Shown: positions 7,719 to 18,860, numbered from the stretch's first letter. The stretch is DNA of 64,000 nucleotides from Candidatus Woesearchaeota archaeon (GCA_016177615.1 JACOUX010000057.1:1553-65552), one strand, 5' to 3'. The notes: generated by a model from the sequence alone, not told the origin. Translations and numbers: made by a program.

Positions 7719-9020
7719 ATGAAAATAGCTGTAATAGGGACGGGATACGTAGGGTTAGTCACGGGAGTATGCCTTGCTGAGCTTGGAAATGACGTTGCCT
7801 GCATTGATATTGACGAGGAAAAGATAGGCAAGCTAAACAACGGCATTATGCCGATCTACGAGCCCGGGCTTGAGGAGATGGTTGTCCGCAACAAGGCAAG
7901 CGGAAAACTGAGGTTTACACTTGACATTGGGAACTCTGTTAAAGAGGCCGAAGTAGTTTTCATTTGTGTAGGCACACCTCCAAAAGCCAACGGCGAAGCG
8001 GATCTGAGCTATGTCGAGAATGCAGCAAGAACTATCGCGGAAGTCATGGACTCTTATAAGCTTATAGTTGAAAAAAGCACGGTTCCGGTTCAGACAGGAG
8101 AGATGGTAGCAAAAACAATAAAATCCCATAATATGCATAATGCTGATTTCGATGTTGCAAGCAATCCGGAATTTTTAAGGGAAGGCAGCGCTGTAAGCGA
8201 CTTCATGAACCCTGACAGGATTGTAGTTGGGTGCGAGAGCCAAAAATCAAGGCAAATGATGGAAAAGCTGTATGCGCCGCTGAAAGCGCCAATAATATTT
8301 ACAGACATAAAAAGCGCCGAAATCATAAAGCATGCCTCAAACTCTTTTCTGGCAACAAAAATATCGTTCATTAATGCAATAGCTAATGTCTGTGAGCTGG
8401 CTGGGGCTGATGTTGAGAAGGTAGCTGAAGGAATGGGCTTGGACATGAGGATAGGAAGGCAATTCTTAAATGCCGGAATAGGCTATGGAGGATCATGCTT
8501 TCCAAAGGATGTTGACGCTTTTATAAAAATATCAGAAAAGCTGGGTTACGACTTCAGGCTGCTGAAGGCAGTGCAGGAAATAAATGATATGCAGAAAAAG
8601 CATTTCATAAATAAGATAGAGAGGGCACTATGGATTGTAAAAGGAAAGACAATAGGCGTTTTAGGCCTTGCTTTCAAGCCAAATACAGACGACATGAGGC
8701 TGGCCCCGTCGCTTGAGATAATAAGCAGGCTTCAGGAAGAAGGGGCAATAATCAAGGCTTATGATCCAAAGGCTATGGAAAAATCCAAGCTGGAACTGGA
8801 AAATATAGATTACTGTGACAGCCCGTACGATGTTGCAAAGGAATCCGATGCACTGCTCATTCTTACAGAATGGAAAGACTTCTTGGAGCTGGACTTAAAG
8901 AAGATAAAACACTTGATGAGGCACCCTCTGATAATTGACGGCAGGAACATCTACAGCCCGGATGTAATGAAGAAAGAGGGGTTTTCGTACATAAGCATAG
9001 GCAGGAAGGAGGTGGTATAA
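7719..9020 (+). CDS. ugd: UDP-glucose 6-dehydrogenase
   Basis: IAVIGTGYVGLVTG Rossmann start and catalytic GGSCFPKD motif; 433 aa. Confidence 0.9.
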   Translation: MKIAVIGTGYVGLVTGVCLAELGNDVACIDIDEEKIGKLNNGIMPIYEPGLEEMVVRNKASGKLRFTLDIGNSVKEAEVVFICVGTPPKANGEADLSYVENAARTIAEVMDSYKLIVEKSTVPVQTGEMVAKTIKSHNMHNADFDVASNPEFLREGSAVSDFMNPDRIVVGCESQKSRQMMEKLYAPLKAPIIFTDIKSAEIIKHASNSFLATKISFINAIANVCELAGADVEKVAEGMGLDMRIGRQFLNAGIGYGGSCFPKDVDAFIKISEKLGYDFRLLKAVQEINDMQKKHFINKIERALWIVKGKTIGVLGLAFKPNTDDMRLAPSLEIISRLQEEGAIIKAYDPKAMEKSKLELENIDYCDSPYDVAKESDALLILTEWKDFLELDLKKIKHLMRHPLIIDGRNIYSPDVMKKEGFSYISIGRKEVV

Positions 9021-9758
9021 GTGGAAGCTGTGATACTTGCTGCAGGATATGCAACGCGCCTGTATCCCTTAACAGAGAACACTCCAAAGCCCCTGCTCAA
9101 TATAGGTGACAAGCCAATAATACAGCATATAATAAAAAATCTTGAGGGCATAAAGGGGCTGAACAAGGTGTATGTTGTGACGAATGATAAGTTCGAAAAT
9201 CATTTTAACCAGTGGCTTAAAAGCTTCGATGCAAGAATCCCTATAGAAATAATAAGCGACGGAACAGCCAGCAATGATGACAGGCTTGGGGCATTGGGAG
9301 ACATACACTATACAATAAATAAACAGAGAATTGATGATGATATCCTGGTTGTTGCAGGAGATAATCTGTTTGAAATGTCCCTGGAAGATGCCCATAACTA
9401 TTTCAAAAAGAAAAAATCAAGCGTCGTAGTACTCTATGATGTGGGAGACTTGACACTTGCCAGACAATACGGAATAGTGGAAGTTGGCGCAAACAATCTT
9501 GTTGTTAATTTCGAGGAAAAGCCAAATTCGCCAAAATCAACTCTGGCATCAACAGGAATTTATATCTTTCCAAGAAAAACAATAGAATTGATAAGAAAGT
9601 ACATTGCCCAGGGAAACAATCCTGATAAGACAGGCTCTTTCATAGAATGGCTCCATAAAAGGGAAAATGTGCATTCTTATATAACAGATAAGGAATGGTA
9701 TGACATTGGAAGCATAGAGCAGCTGACAAAGGCAGATAAATATTACAGGGGCAAATAG
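9021..9758 (+). CDS. sugar-1-phosphate nucleotidyltransferase
   Basis: GTG start preceded by [23 protein letters not shown] signature; 245 aa. Confidence 0.8.
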   Translation: MEAVILAAGYATRLYPLTENTPKPLLNIGDKPIIQHIIKNLEGIKGLNKVYVVTNDKFENHFNQWLKSFDARIPIEIISDGTASNDDRLGALGDIHYTINKQRIDDDILVVAGDNLFEMSLEDAHNYFKKKKSSVVVLYDVGDLTLARQYGIVEVGANNLVVNFEEKPNSPKSTLASTGIYIFPRKTIELIRKYIAQGNNPDKTGSFIEWLHKRENVHSYITDKEWYDIGSIEQLTKADKYYRGK

Positions 9759-9763
9759 GCAAA

Positions 9764-10696
9764 ATGAAATCAGTTCTTATCACAGGGGGTGCAGGATTTA
9801 TAGGCAGCCATCTTTGCGAATTTCTTTTGGAAAAAGGTTTTAAAGTTATCGCAATGGACAACGTAGTTACGGGAGACATAAGAAATATAGGGCATTTAAG
9901 GGGCAATGCCAATTTCCAATATATAAATCACGACGTCAGCAGGCATATCTCAATAAACGATGACTTGGATTTTGTTTTGCACTTTGCAAGCCCTGCAAGC
10001 CCTATTGATTACCAGAAGATTCCAATCCAGACTTTAAAGGCAGGCAGTCTTGGGACGCATAATACCATCGGGCTGGCTCTCGCAAAAAAGGCGAAATATC
10101 TTCTTGCCTCGACTTCAGAAGTCTATGGAGATCCTCTTGTCAATCCGCAGCCCGAGACTTACTGGGGAAATGTTAATCCTACAGGGATAAGAGCATGCTA
10201 CGACGAATCCAAAAGATTTTCAGAAGCGTTGACAATGGCATACCACAGAATACACGGGCTAGACACAAAAATTGTCCGCATATTCAACACCTTCGGCCCG
10301 AAAATGCGGAAAGAAGACGGAAGAGTCGTGCCAAATTTCATAAACCAGGCATTAAAAAATGCGCCAATAACAGTTTACGGCAGCGGCAACCAGACAAGAA
10401 GCTTTTGCTATGTTAGCGATTTGATTGAAGGAATTTATAGGCTTATGGCATCTCCCTTGAATGAGCCGGTAAATATAGGCAACCCCGAAGAACATACAAT
10501 CCTTGAATTTGCAGAGTTAATAAAAAAGCTGGCAAAAAGCAAAAGCAAGATTGCCTTTAAGCCGCTGCCCCAGGATGATCCCCATGTAAGGTGCCCTGAT
10601 ATAACCAAGGCAAAGAAAGAGCTGAAGTGGCAGCCGAAAGTCGAATTGAGGGAAGGGCTGATGAAGACGATAAAATGGTTTATGAAAGGGAATTAA
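9764..10696 (+). CDS. uxs: UDP-glucuronate decarboxylase (UDP-xylose synthase)
   Basis: [20 protein letters not shown] (YxxxK), and overall UXS-like sequence. It lies directly downstream of ugd. Confidence 0.8.
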   Translation: MKSVLITGGAGFIGSHLCEFLLEKGFKVIAMDNVVTGDIRNIGHLRGNANFQYINHDVSRHISINDDLDFVLHFASPASPIDYQKIPIQTLKAGSLGTHNTIGLALAKKAKYLLASTSEVYGDPLVNPQPETYWGNVNPTGIRACYDESKRFSEALTMAYHRIHGLDTKIVRIFNTFGPKMRKEDGRVVPNFINQALKNAPITVYGSGNQTRSFCYVSDLIEGIYRLMASPLNEPVNIGNPEEHTILEFAELIKKLAKSKSKIAFKPLPQDDPHVRCPDITKAKKELKWQPKVELREGLMKTIKWFMKGN

Positions 10697-11802
10697 GATT
10701 TTTTTAATCCAGCAAGTCTCCTTGCCACTGATGCAACTTTGTGCAGCAAGCTTTTGTTCGGCCTGTATCCAAAGTCAAAGAAAGCAGGAAAATGAAGATG
10801 CTCTGCTATTTCTGCCTGTGAGTTGATAACTTTGATGCGCCTCATTGCAATATCTGAATACCTGAGTCTGTATCTTGTTTTATTTGGGTGCAGGTTATTC
10901 CTAATATATCGGCTTATGGGGCCTTTCTGCCCGCTGTAGCAGACAAGTTGGGCAGCAAGATTGATTGGGAGCCTTACATAATCTTCAGATAATTCTGCAG
11001 CATCTGCTTTTTTCCAGCCTCTTTTAAAAATTGTCTTGTTTTTATTTCCGGAATAAGTGACTTTGCTTATTGAATCATCTACTGCAGTACTCCCATTCTT
11101 TTCCAGATAAAGATTGAATCCGTTAATAATCTCGGCTGAAACGCCAATTGCATTGCTTATCATCACAACAATCTCTTCCTTTTGCTTCTGCACATCAAGA
11201 TTAAACCAATCATTCCTTAATTCCAAAATTCTGTTTTCATAATCTGCAGCGCCTTTTATCCGATTTCCTGTCACTTGTGAACATAATCTTAAGCTGTAAT
11301 TTAATGAATTCAGCCTTAGAAGCGCAACCCTCGCATCTATTTTCCCGGAATGCGCAATAGCCAGAAAATCCCTTGGCAGGTGCCTTATTATTATGTCATT
11401 CAGCAATGCAGTTCTTACATCTTTGATTTTTGATGGTTCTTCAAATTTGATGTATTTTCCGAATATTTTTTTGAACTTCGCATCTGGATATATGAATCTG
11501 GCATGCTGCGCAATTTCTTCGCCAATCACAATAAAAGGGTGCACAAGAATATATCTTGCCTTTCTGCCCATCCAGTATATGCCGGAATGCCTTAAAGAGA
11601 GTCTCTTTCCTTTTTTCAGCACAACCATGATGTCAAGGTCCGAAATCCCCGGGCCGCTTATATTGCCCCATGTGTATAAGGAATGCACTGCGCCGGATTT
11701 TGATAATTTTTTAGACAGGCTCTGAATTAATTCATTATACTCCTCAATTGCAATCTTCTTTGGAAAATTATAAAATTCAAAATCTTCAGCATGCAAAGTC
11801 AT
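10693..11802 (-). CDS. Pol-beta-fold nucleotidyltransferase-domain protein, unknown substrate
   Basis: [19 protein letters not shown] (G-S..D-x-D) near the N-terminus, with a long helical C-terminal part. 4-nt overlap with the upstream gene. Confidence 0.5.
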   Translation of the reverse strand: MTLHAEDFEFYNFPKKIAIEEYNELIQSLSKKLSKSGAVHSLYTWGNISGPGISDLDIMVVLKKGKRLSLRHSGIYWMGRKARYILVHPFIVIGEEIAQHARFIYPDAKFKKIFGKYIKFEEPSKIKDVRTALLNDIIIRHLPRDFLAIAHSGKIDARVALLRLNSLNYSLRLCSQVTGNRIKGAADYENRILELRNDWFNLDVQKQKEEIVVMISNAIGVSAEIINGFNLYLEKNGSTAVDDSISKVTYSGNKNKTIFKRGWKKADAAELSEDYVRLPINLAAQLVCYSGQKGPISRYIRNNLHPNKTRYRLRYSDIAMRRIKVINSQAEIAEHLHFPAFFDFGYRPNKSLLHKVASVARRLAGLKKS

Positions 11803-13013
11803 TTTTCCGCCTTCAGCTTCTGCATTGCTTTTTGCATCAGCCCCCTCATCCCGTTTATTATCAATTTTTTATCTATGCTCTCATTTATAGCTTTAGCCAT
11901 CCCCAAATACCTGCTGTTCAGCAGATAGGCAGGAACAGGATTGATTTTTGACATGAGCTTAAGGAAAGGAACAGCGCCGTCCAGTTTCCAATTGCCCCTT
12001 ATGCTTTCTGCATGCTTTACTGCTTTCCATTCACTATCTGAAAAATCCTTTTCTGCAATTGCAAATGAGTATTTCTTGTACACGGACTTGCCTTTTGCCT
12101 GAAGATATAATGACGGAAACAAAGTTATAAGGGAAACAGCAAACTTCATCTCATATGGATTTTTCAGCTTTTTTTCATCCAACCCATTAAAATAGCTGTT
12201 AATCCATGATAGCTTTGAGAATGCATCCTGCTGGGAATTTCTTATTCTGAACCTTATTGATTTATCGTGTCCAAGAAGGGATTTGGAGCAGCTTAATGCA
12301 TCGACCGGCAAAAATGTTTCAGGATAAAAATCCAGGTCATACTCCGTAATAACCATAGTTCCATGGTGCTGCAATGCATCAATATGGAGGTATTCCTTCC
12401 TTAGGCTGTACAAGACATCGCTAATCCTGAGAAGATTTTTTGAGTCATCAAAAGCGCTTTCCTTCAGCACAAGCATTGTATCCACATCGCTCCAGCCCTT
12501 GATGTAGTCATTGGTGGCAAAGCTGCCGTGAATGTAAAACCCAAGAGCATACTCTTTAATATGTGATTCAGCAGCTTCTTTTATGCTTTCAATCGGCTTT
12601 AGATAGTCCCAGTCCTCCCGCCTGTAATCCTCCAAAAGGAAATCTTTTACTGGCTTTTTATTTTTGGATGAAACTGCCTTTCCCCCGAACTCAAAGTTTT
12701 TGTATATGTGGCAAAGAGCTTCTGCAAGCTTTGCCCTGCTGATATTTTTATTAAGCTTTAAGTGTGAAAACCTCTTGCTGTCAATATGGCTCAGCAGAAA
12801 AATGATATTGCTCAGTCTTTTCCTGTTTTCAGCAGAAACGTCCTTGATTAGTGGGTATAAAATAAACCCTTTTCCTGAAAAGCCGCCGTTCAGGAAGGAA
12901 TTCAGCAGGTCATGCAGCTCATTCTGGATAAAAGTTACTGCATCTGCGCTTAGCTCTTCATTCCTTTCAATTTTTTCCCTTATCAGCTGAAAATCATGCA
13001 GCTTCATTTCCAA
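11799..13013 (-). CDS. Pol-beta-fold nucleotidyltransferase-domain protein, unknown substrate
   Basis: HGSFATNDYIKGWSDVDTMLVLK signature at mid-protein. Overlaps the flippase gene upstream and the NTase gene downstream. Confidence 0.5.
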   Translation of the reverse strand: MEMKLHDFQLIREKIERNEELSADAVTFIQNELHDLLNSFLNGGFSGKGFILYPLIKDVSAENRKRLSNIIFLLSHIDSKRFSHLKLNKNISRAKLAEALCHIYKNFEFGGKAVSSKNKKPVKDFLLEDYRREDWDYLKPIESIKEAAESHIKEYALGFYIHGSFATNDYIKGWSDVDTMLVLKESAFDDSKNLLRISDVLYSLRKEYLHIDALQHHGTMVITEYDLDFYPETFLPVDALSCSKSLLGHDKSIRFRIRNSQQDAFSKLSWINSYFNGLDEKKLKNPYEMKFAVSLITLFPSLYLQAKGKSVYKKYSFAIAEKDFSDSEWKAVKHAESIRGNWKLDGAVPFLKLMSKINPVPAYLLNSRYLGMAKAINESIDKKLIINGMRGLMQKAMQKLKAEK

Positions 13014-14424
13014 TTACTCTCCGCAATAAGCCAATATCCTCTTTGTCGAACGCCTTAAGCAGCAGCAGCGCTGTAAAATATACTAACATTGATAGCGGAA
13101 CTATAAAAAAAATATTCAGATTTGAATATATTATAATCAGGCTCATTATTAGCGAAGCTATCAAAGGCTTCGGAATATCAGCAAGGAAATTGTGCCTGAA
13201 GAAATATTTTGAAGTGTAATAATAATAAACAACAAAAAGGAAAATTTCAGTGGCCAATGTTGCAATTGCAGCGCCGACAAATCCATAATAGGGTATCAAT
13301 GCAAAGTTCAATATGACATTAAACACAGCAGTCACCCCCTGAGCGCTCATCCTTCCATTTTGGGCATTGATGGAATAAAGAGTTATCCCAAGCAGATAGT
13401 TTACAAACTTGATGAATACAAACCAGGCAACTATCTTCAGTGCAAGTGCCGAGGATGCATACTTTGTTCCGTACAATATTGATATTATGCTGTCAGCCAG
13501 CAGGAAAATCCCGAATGAGATCGGAAGCCCTATCATGTAGAGGTATTTCCATGATTTTATGAAAATAAACTTCAAAGATACATCATCCTTTCCAAAATAC
13601 CTCGACATCACCGGATAGACTGCGGTTGTGTATATTGCGGGAACAAAAAGCAGTGCAAGCACCAGGTTGTACGCTGCGCCAAAGCTGGCGACTTCAACAT
13701 TCCCCTTTATTTTTGAGAGCATCACGCTGCTTATGTAGAAATAGACGCTTCCGAATACTATGGCAAGCCCGAAAGGAATTGAGCTTTTCAGAAGGGATTT
13801 TGCAGAGCTGAAGCTGAATCCAAATACCGGCTTTATGAATCTTGAAAACACCAATGACAAGGAGACAAGGAAAATGGCAATCTCCGTCACAACAAATGAC
13901 AGGCTGAATGCCACCACTCCATAGCCATTGGAGAGCACGTAAAATGTCAATGCAGTCAAAATCACCATCCTTAGTATTTTTATAAAAGAATCATAGCCCA
14001 TCCTTTCAAAAGACCTGAAAACAGAATATGAAAGGTCGGTAAATGAGGATAAGATTGCAAACAGCCACACAAGATAAGCTACAATCCTTGATTGCTGTGG
14101 GTAGCCAAGGAGCCAAAGCACTGCAAATATAAGGAAAAAAGTAGCTATTGCCAAGCCTGTTTTTACCAAAAAAGCGCTTCCATAATATTTTGCTGCCCTC
14201 TTTTTGTCCCTTGCAATCTCCCTTATAAGGTATGTGTTAATGCCCAAGTCTGCAAAAATTACAGCAATGAACGAGAAGGCAAGCGCGAAACTGAAAACAC
14301 CAAATGATTCCTTGTCAAGCTGCCTGGCAGCGTAAACCATGATTGCAAACTGCAGCAGTTTTGAGACTAATTCAGCAAAGCTCAATGCAGCCATATTGCT
14401 GCTTATTCTCCTGGCAGTTGCCAT
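12994..14424 (-). CDS. wzx: Wzx-type polysaccharide/oligosaccharide flippase (MOP superfamily)
   Basis: 476 aa and about 12-14 hydrophobic helices, with the typical N-terminal pattern (LVSKLLQFAIMVYAARQL). Confidence 0.8.
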   Translation of the reverse strand: MATARRISSNMAALSFAELVSKLLQFAIMVYAARQLDKESFGVFSFALAFSFIAVIFADLGINTYLIREIARDKKRAAKYYGSAFLVKTGLAIATFFLIFAVLWLLGYPQQSRIVAYLVWLFAILSSFTDLSYSVFRSFERMGYDSFIKILRMVILTALTFYVLSNGYGVVAFSLSFVVTEIAIFLVSLSLVFSRFIKPVFGFSFSSAKSLLKSSIPFGLAIVFGSVYFYISSVMLSKIKGNVEVASFGAAYNLVLALLFVPAIYTTAVYPVMSRYFGKDDVSLKFIFIKSWKYLYMIGLPISFGIFLLADSIISILYGTKYASSALALKIVAWFVFIKFVNYLLGITLYSINAQNGRMSAQGVTAVFNVILNFALIPYYGFVGAAIATLATEIFLFVVYYYYTSKYFFRHNFLADIPKPLIASLIMSLIIIYSNLNIFFIVPLSMLVYFTALLLLKAFDKEDIGLLRRVIGNEAA

Positions 14425-14457
14425 GCTTTTGCTATCAGAACTAGGTTTAAAAAGGTT

Positions 14458-14465
14458 TTTATATA
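14458..14465 (+). promoter_or_regulatory. TATA box (TTTATATA)
   Basis: Centre is 26.5 nt upstream of the ATG at 14488. Confidence 0.5.
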
Positions 14466-14487
14466 GTATTCACTAATGCGGTTTCAT

Positions 14488-15693
14488 ATGAAAAATGTTC
14501 TAGTGGCAGCCACAACATTCCCAAGGTGGCCAAACGACACAGAGCCTGGTTTTGTTTTTGAATTGAGCAGGCTATTGGCTAAGAAAGGATATAACATAAT
14601 CGTTCTTGCGCCACATTATCCTGGCGCCAAAAAGTTTGAAACAACTGGCGGCATGCAGATTTACAGGTTCCCTTATTTCTGGCCTTTAAAATACCAGAAA
14701 CTATGCTATGAGGGGGGAATTCTAGAAAACATTAAAAAAAACATGCTTGCAAGAGTCCAGGTCCCTTTCCTGCTCTTTTTTGAGCTTCTTCATATAATAG
14801 AGATAATCAAGAGAGAAAAAATTGACATTATTCATGCACATTGGCTCATCCCCCAGGGTTTCCTGGCAGCAGTCATCAAGAAATTCTGCAGAATCCATTA
14901 TATAGCAACCGCACATGCCGGAGACATATTTCCCCTAAGAAAAAGGCTTTTGAAAAGTGTAGGAGCATTCTCAATAAAGAATGCGGACTGCATGACTGCC
15001 AACAGCACCTTCACAAAAAACTCTGTTTTAGGCATTTACGGCAGGGATATTGAGATAATCCCGATGGGAGTGGATTTGAGGAGCTTCAGCCCAAAAAATA
15101 AGGATGCAAAAATAAGGGAGAAATATGGAATAAATGGCAGTTTCATATTATTTGTTGGCAGGCTTGCGGAGAAGAAAGGAACAGAATACCTTATAAGGGC
15201 AATTCCTATGGTTTTAGAAAAGCTGCCTAACTCAAAGCTGCTGATAGTCGGAGACGGCCCTGAAAAGGAAAGACTGGAAAATCTGACTAATGAGCTGAAA
15301 TTAAATAGAAATGTAATATTTGCTGGCAAGGTGATAAACCAGGATCTGCCAAAGTATTATGCAACAGCAGATATTTTTGTCGGGCCTTCTATAGTTGCCA
15401 AAGGCGGCGACACAGAAGGGCTTGGAATAGTATTTCTGGAAGCGATTGCATCAGGAACATGCGTTGTTGGAACAAATGTTGGCGGAATTCCAGACATCAT
15501 AAAAAATAATGAAACCGGGTTGCTTGTTGAGGAGAAAAATCTGGAAGAATTGGCAAAAGCAATTGTTAAATTATTAAAAGATAAAAAACTGCAGCAGAAA
15601 CTGAAAAAGAATGCGATGAATCATATAAGAAAAAATTATTCATGGGATATTGTTGCTGAAAAGTTTTCCAGTCTATATGCTAAAATATTATGA
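14488..15693 (+). CDS. GT4-family glycosyltransferase
   Basis: EGLGIVFLEAIASGTCVVGTNVGGIPDII (E-x7-E region). Start chosen at MKNVLVAATT because of the TATA spacing; the tracked ORF begins at 14476. Confidence 0.8.
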   Translation: MKNVLVAATTFPRWPNDTEPGFVFELSRLLAKKGYNIIVLAPHYPGAKKFETTGGMQIYRFPYFWPLKYQKLCYEGGILENIKKNMLARVQVPFLLFFELLHIIEIIKREKIDIIHAHWLIPQGFLAAVIKKFCRIHYIATAHAGDIFPLRKRLLKSVGAFSIKNADCMTANSTFTKNSVLGIYGRDIEIIPMGVDLRSFSPKNKDAKIREKYGINGSFILFVGRLAEKKGTEYLIRAIPMVLEKLPNSKLLIVGDGPEKERLENLTNELKLNRNVIFAGKVINQDLPKYYATADIFVGPSIVAKGGDTEGLGIVFLEAIASGTCVVGTNVGGIPDIIKNNETGLLVEEKNLEELAKAIVKLLKDKKLQQKLKKNAMNHIRKNYSWDIVAEKFSSLYAKIL

Positions 15694-16430
15694 AAGCCTA
15701 CAGGGAATGGGGGGAGCAGAAGCTTTTGATTGACGAAATTGAGCCAACCCACTACGTGAGAAATTTTCTAGTATACTCTACAATCAAGAAAATTTCTCAA
15801 AATAACAAAATAAATAATATATGCGAGATTGGATGCGGCGTAGGGAATTTGTCAAAAAAATTAGGTGAAAACGGGTTTAAAGTTGATGCTTTTGACTTGG
15901 ACAGGAACGCAATCCAGTTAGCAAAACAATACAATCAAACCAAAAATGTCAATTTCTTCTCAAAAGACGTACTGAAGCTGGAAACCAGGAAGAAATACGA
16001 TTTAGTGATGGCAATTGAAGTGATTGAGCACATTCAAGATGATATTGGTGCAATAAGAAATGCGGGCAGAATACTGAATAAAAACGGATTTTTGCTCATA
16101 ACCGTGCCAATCAACGAAAAGTACAGAACTAATTTTGACAATAGGTCAGGTCATGTAAGAAGATATTATGTTGAAGACTTGACAGGCAAATTAAGGCAAC
16201 AAGGTTTTAATATAGTTAAAACCAAGTATTTCAATTTTCCCTTCCTGTGGCTGTGGTATTTTTATGCGTACCTTCCATTCAGCGACAAATCAAGCAGGAA
16301 TGCAGGCAAGGAAAAGAAATTGCCATTTTACGTGCTGTTTTTGAGGATTTTCAACAAACTCTTTTTGATTGACTTATTGTTCAACAGCAAAAGAGCCACT
16401 AATGTTATGATTTTGGCGCAAAATGGCTAA
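15690..16430 (+). CDS. class I SAM-dependent methyltransferase
   Basis: Motif I ICEIGCGVGNL; ATGA overlap with the upstream GT4 gene. Confidence 0.75.
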   Translation: MKAYREWGEQKLLIDEIEPTHYVRNFLVYSTIKKISQNNKINNICEIGCGVGNLSKKLGENGFKVDAFDLDRNAIQLAKQYNQTKNVNFFSKDVLKLETRKKYDLVMAIEVIEHIQDDIGAIRNAGRILNKNGFLLITVPINEKYRTNFDNRSGHVRRYYVEDLTGKLRQQGFNIVKTKYFNFPFLWLWYFYAYLPFSDKSSRNAGKEKKLPFYVLFLRIFNKLFLIDLLFNSKRATNVMILAQNG

Positions 16431-17515
16431 CCACTAATTATTTTATCCAGTTTCTTCGCAATCCTGTCCCAGGAATATCTTCCTGCAATTTTCCTGTAAT
16501 TGGCCTTTTTTGATGATTTTAAGATTGATTTAATTTTATGCTTTAGCGAATCCGCATCATCTGGCTCGCAAAGGCTCTCTTTAGGGGCGACATAGGCAAC
16601 ATCTCCTACTTTAGTTGCAGCAATTCTTGCATTGCAGGCCATGTACTCAATTAATTTGTATGGAAAGCAGTATTTTGTGAACTCATTTTCTGTGTTTGGT
16701 ATAACCGCTACGTCAGCAGCATTTATTAAATCAACCACGCCGTTTTGATTCAGCTCTTTCAGCCAGATTATTCCTGTTCTGCCTAATTCCAGCTCCTCTC
16801 CTTTTACCTCCCTTATTTTTCCTGCAAGGACGAGATATAAATCTTTAAAATCGTTTCTTAAATCTTCAAATGCTTCAATCAATAAATGGATGCCCTGCAT
16901 CTTCTGCAGCGTCCCTGTGTATGCGATTATTTTGGCATTTAATGGAAGATTTAATTTTTTTCTTGAAGTAATTTTGTCTCTTGGCTTAAATAATTTTAAA
17001 TCAGCGCCATTCTCAATTACAAAGACATTCTTTTTTCTAATGCTGCTGATCTTATTTTTTAATGAATTGCTTACCATTGTGATAATATCCGCTTTTCTTA
17101 TAGCTTTTCTGTCAAGCAGCCCAAAAAATGGAATTTTATAGGTCAGGTATGTTTCATAATTGTCGTGCAGGTCATAAAGGAATTTAATATTGTATTTTTT
17201 CGCAAAATGATAGCCAAAAACGCCCCATAATGGATCGCTTGTTGCAATGAGTAAATCATATTTTTTGCCTTTTAGCTTTTCATTTAGATGTTTTATAAAG
17301 CTAAAGAGGTGCCTCATGCCAAACGGCCTGATATAAACATTTATTCCGTGAAGCTTTATGTCTTTGCCTTCAAATTTTTTATAATCAGCGCAGAAAAAGT
17401 CAATGTCGTGACCTATTTTTTTTAAAGCTTCAAATAGCCTGACTTGTCTTCCAAAATCCTCTTCTATGATGTCTCGGGTTGCTGTGTATCTGCTTGTAAG
17501 GACCAGGATTTTCAT
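16427..17515 (-). CDS. GT4-family glycosyltransferase
   Basis: 362 aa with GT-B-like C-terminal motif FPYKLIEYMACNARIAATKVGDV. Confidence 0.75.
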   Translation of the reverse strand: MKILVLTSRYTATRDIIEEDFGRQVRLFEALKKIGHDIDFFCADYKKFEGKDIKLHGINVYIRPFGMRHLFSFIKHLNEKLKGKKYDLLIATSDPLWGVFGYHFAKKYNIKFLYDLHDNYETYLTYKIPFFGLLDRKAIRKADIITMVSNSLKNKISSIRKKNVFVIENGADLKLFKPRDKITSRKKLNLPLNAKIIAYTGTLQKMQGIHLLIEAFEDLRNDFKDLYLVLAGKIREVKGEELELGRTGIIWLKELNQNGVVDLINAADVAVIPNTENEFTKYCFPYKLIEYMACNARIAATKVGDVAYVAPKESLCEPDDADSLKHKIKSILKSSKKANYRKIAGRYSWDRIAKKLDKIISG

Positions 17516-17539
17516 ATATACCCATATTCAGATTATTGA

Positions 17540-17547
17540 TTTAAAAA
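17540..17547 (-). promoter_or_regulatory. TATA box (TTTTTAAA on the minus strand)
   Basis: Centre is about 27 nt upstream of the ATG at 17515. Confidence 0.5.
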
Positions 17548-17620
17548 GCTTTTGGCAAACGAAGCTTTGTTGGGAATATTTTTAAATAAGATGAGTTTAA
17601 CCTGCCTTAGGGTGATATAA

Positions 17621-17941
17621 ATGAGCGTCATAAGTAAAAATGAAACCTATTTTAATGAACAGTTCATTCCAGCACAAGTTAATTTCCCACGCGGATTAGC
17701 TCCAGCCAAATTAAGATTACGGCGAAAAAATGGCGACTATGTAGTGCAGATTGTCGAATTATTGAAAGACAATCCAGTGAGGCCTTTTTACAATATATCT
17801 ATTCCATTTGATGATTATAGTAAAGCCGTTACGGAACAAAATAGAATTAAAAATATGTTAGAATCCGGAGCGAAAATTATTGTTACAGGCATTGGACAAG
17901 CTTCTGTCTGTTCTATTGATGAAATAGCTAATTGGCAATAA
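17621..17941 (+). CDS. hypothetical protein
   Basis: 106-aa ORF; no motif recognised. Confidence 0.35.
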   Translation: MSVISKNETYFNEQFIPAQVNFPRGLAPAKLRLRRKNGDYVVQIVELLKDNPVRPFYNISIPFDDYSKAVTEQNRIKNMLESGAKIIVTGIGQASVCSIDEIANWQ

Positions 17942-17949
17942 ATTTTTTA

Positions 17950-18828
17950 CTATTTCCTGCTCATATCCGCTATAAACCCAAATATTATTATTTGCAGTCC
18001 AATGCTTAAGATAAGTATGTCCAGCATCATGAGCGCAAAATGGCCCACTATTCCCGTGGTAAAATGAAGATAGGCAAGATAAAGCCCGATTAAGAAGCCA
18101 AGGCCGAATATTATTGATCCGATGCTGCCAAAAAATCTCAGCGGTTCATAATCCCTGTACGTCCTTATGATGTTGATCCATGCCCGGATTGCATAGCCAA
18201 ACGGGCTTGATATCAGCCTGCTTTTTCCGTCCCTTTTTGCAAAATAAACAGGCACTTCCTCAATTCTGAATTTTGCTTTCACGGCCCTTATTATCTGCTC
18301 CTGGGTATAAGTGTGGTTGGATGTTATGGGAAGCTGCGCGACTTTTTTTGTAAATGCCCTAAAGCCGGTCTGGGCATCGCTTATCCGGATTCCTGCAATC
18401 TGGGAGATCGCCTTTGAAAATGCCATGTTTCCAATTCTTTTGATGAAAGGCATGTACTCAATCCTGCCCTTGAACCTGCTTCCCAGCACAAGGTCACTGC
18501 CCCTTTTGATTTCTTCAAGGAGCTTCGGGATTTCTTCAGCCCTGTATTGCATGTCAGCGTCGATATGCACAATAACATCAGCTCCAAGCTCCAAAGCCTT
18601 TTCAATCTCTGTCCTGAAAGTCTCTGCAAGCCCGTAGTTCTTCGGATGAGAATAAACAACAGCCCCTGATTTTTTGGCTACACTTGCGGTCTTGTCTTTG
18701 CTTCCATCATCAACAACCAAAATTTTATAGTTATACCTGCCAGAATTCATTGCTTTCTTAATGCTTTCAACCACGCGTTTGATGCTTTTTTCTTCATTAA
18801 AAGCTGGTATCGTAACTGCTACTTTCAT
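17950..18828 (-). CDS. GT2 polyprenyl/dolichyl-phosphate sugar synthase-like glycosyltransferase with C-terminal TM helices
   Basis: IPAFNEEKSI, VVDDGSKDKT, HIDADMQY (DxD), plus two C-terminal TM helices. Confidence 0.8.
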   Translation of the reverse strand: MKVAVTIPAFNEEKSIKRVVESIKKAMNSGRYNYKILVVDDGSKDKTASVAKKSGAVVYSHPKNYGLAETFRTEIEKALELGADVIVHIDADMQYRAEEIPKLLEEIKRGSDLVLGSRFKGRIEYMPFIKRIGNMAFSKAISQIAGIRISDAQTGFRAFTKKVAQLPITSNHTYTQEQIIRAVKAKFRIEEVPVYFAKRDGKSRLISSPFGYAIRAWINIIRTYRDYEPLRFFGSIGSIIFGLGFLIGLYLAYLHFTTGIVGHFALMMLDILILSIGLQIIIFGFIADMSRK

Positions 18829-18848
18829 GCCTTTTGCAGAATAGTGAT

Positions 18849-18860
18849 ATATTTAAATAT
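18849..18860. promoter_or_regulatory. palindromic shared TATA element (ATATTTAAATAT)
   Basis: Its centre (18854.5) is 26.5 nt from the minus-strand ATG at 18828 and about 32 nt from the plus-strand ATG at 18887. Confidence 0.5.
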
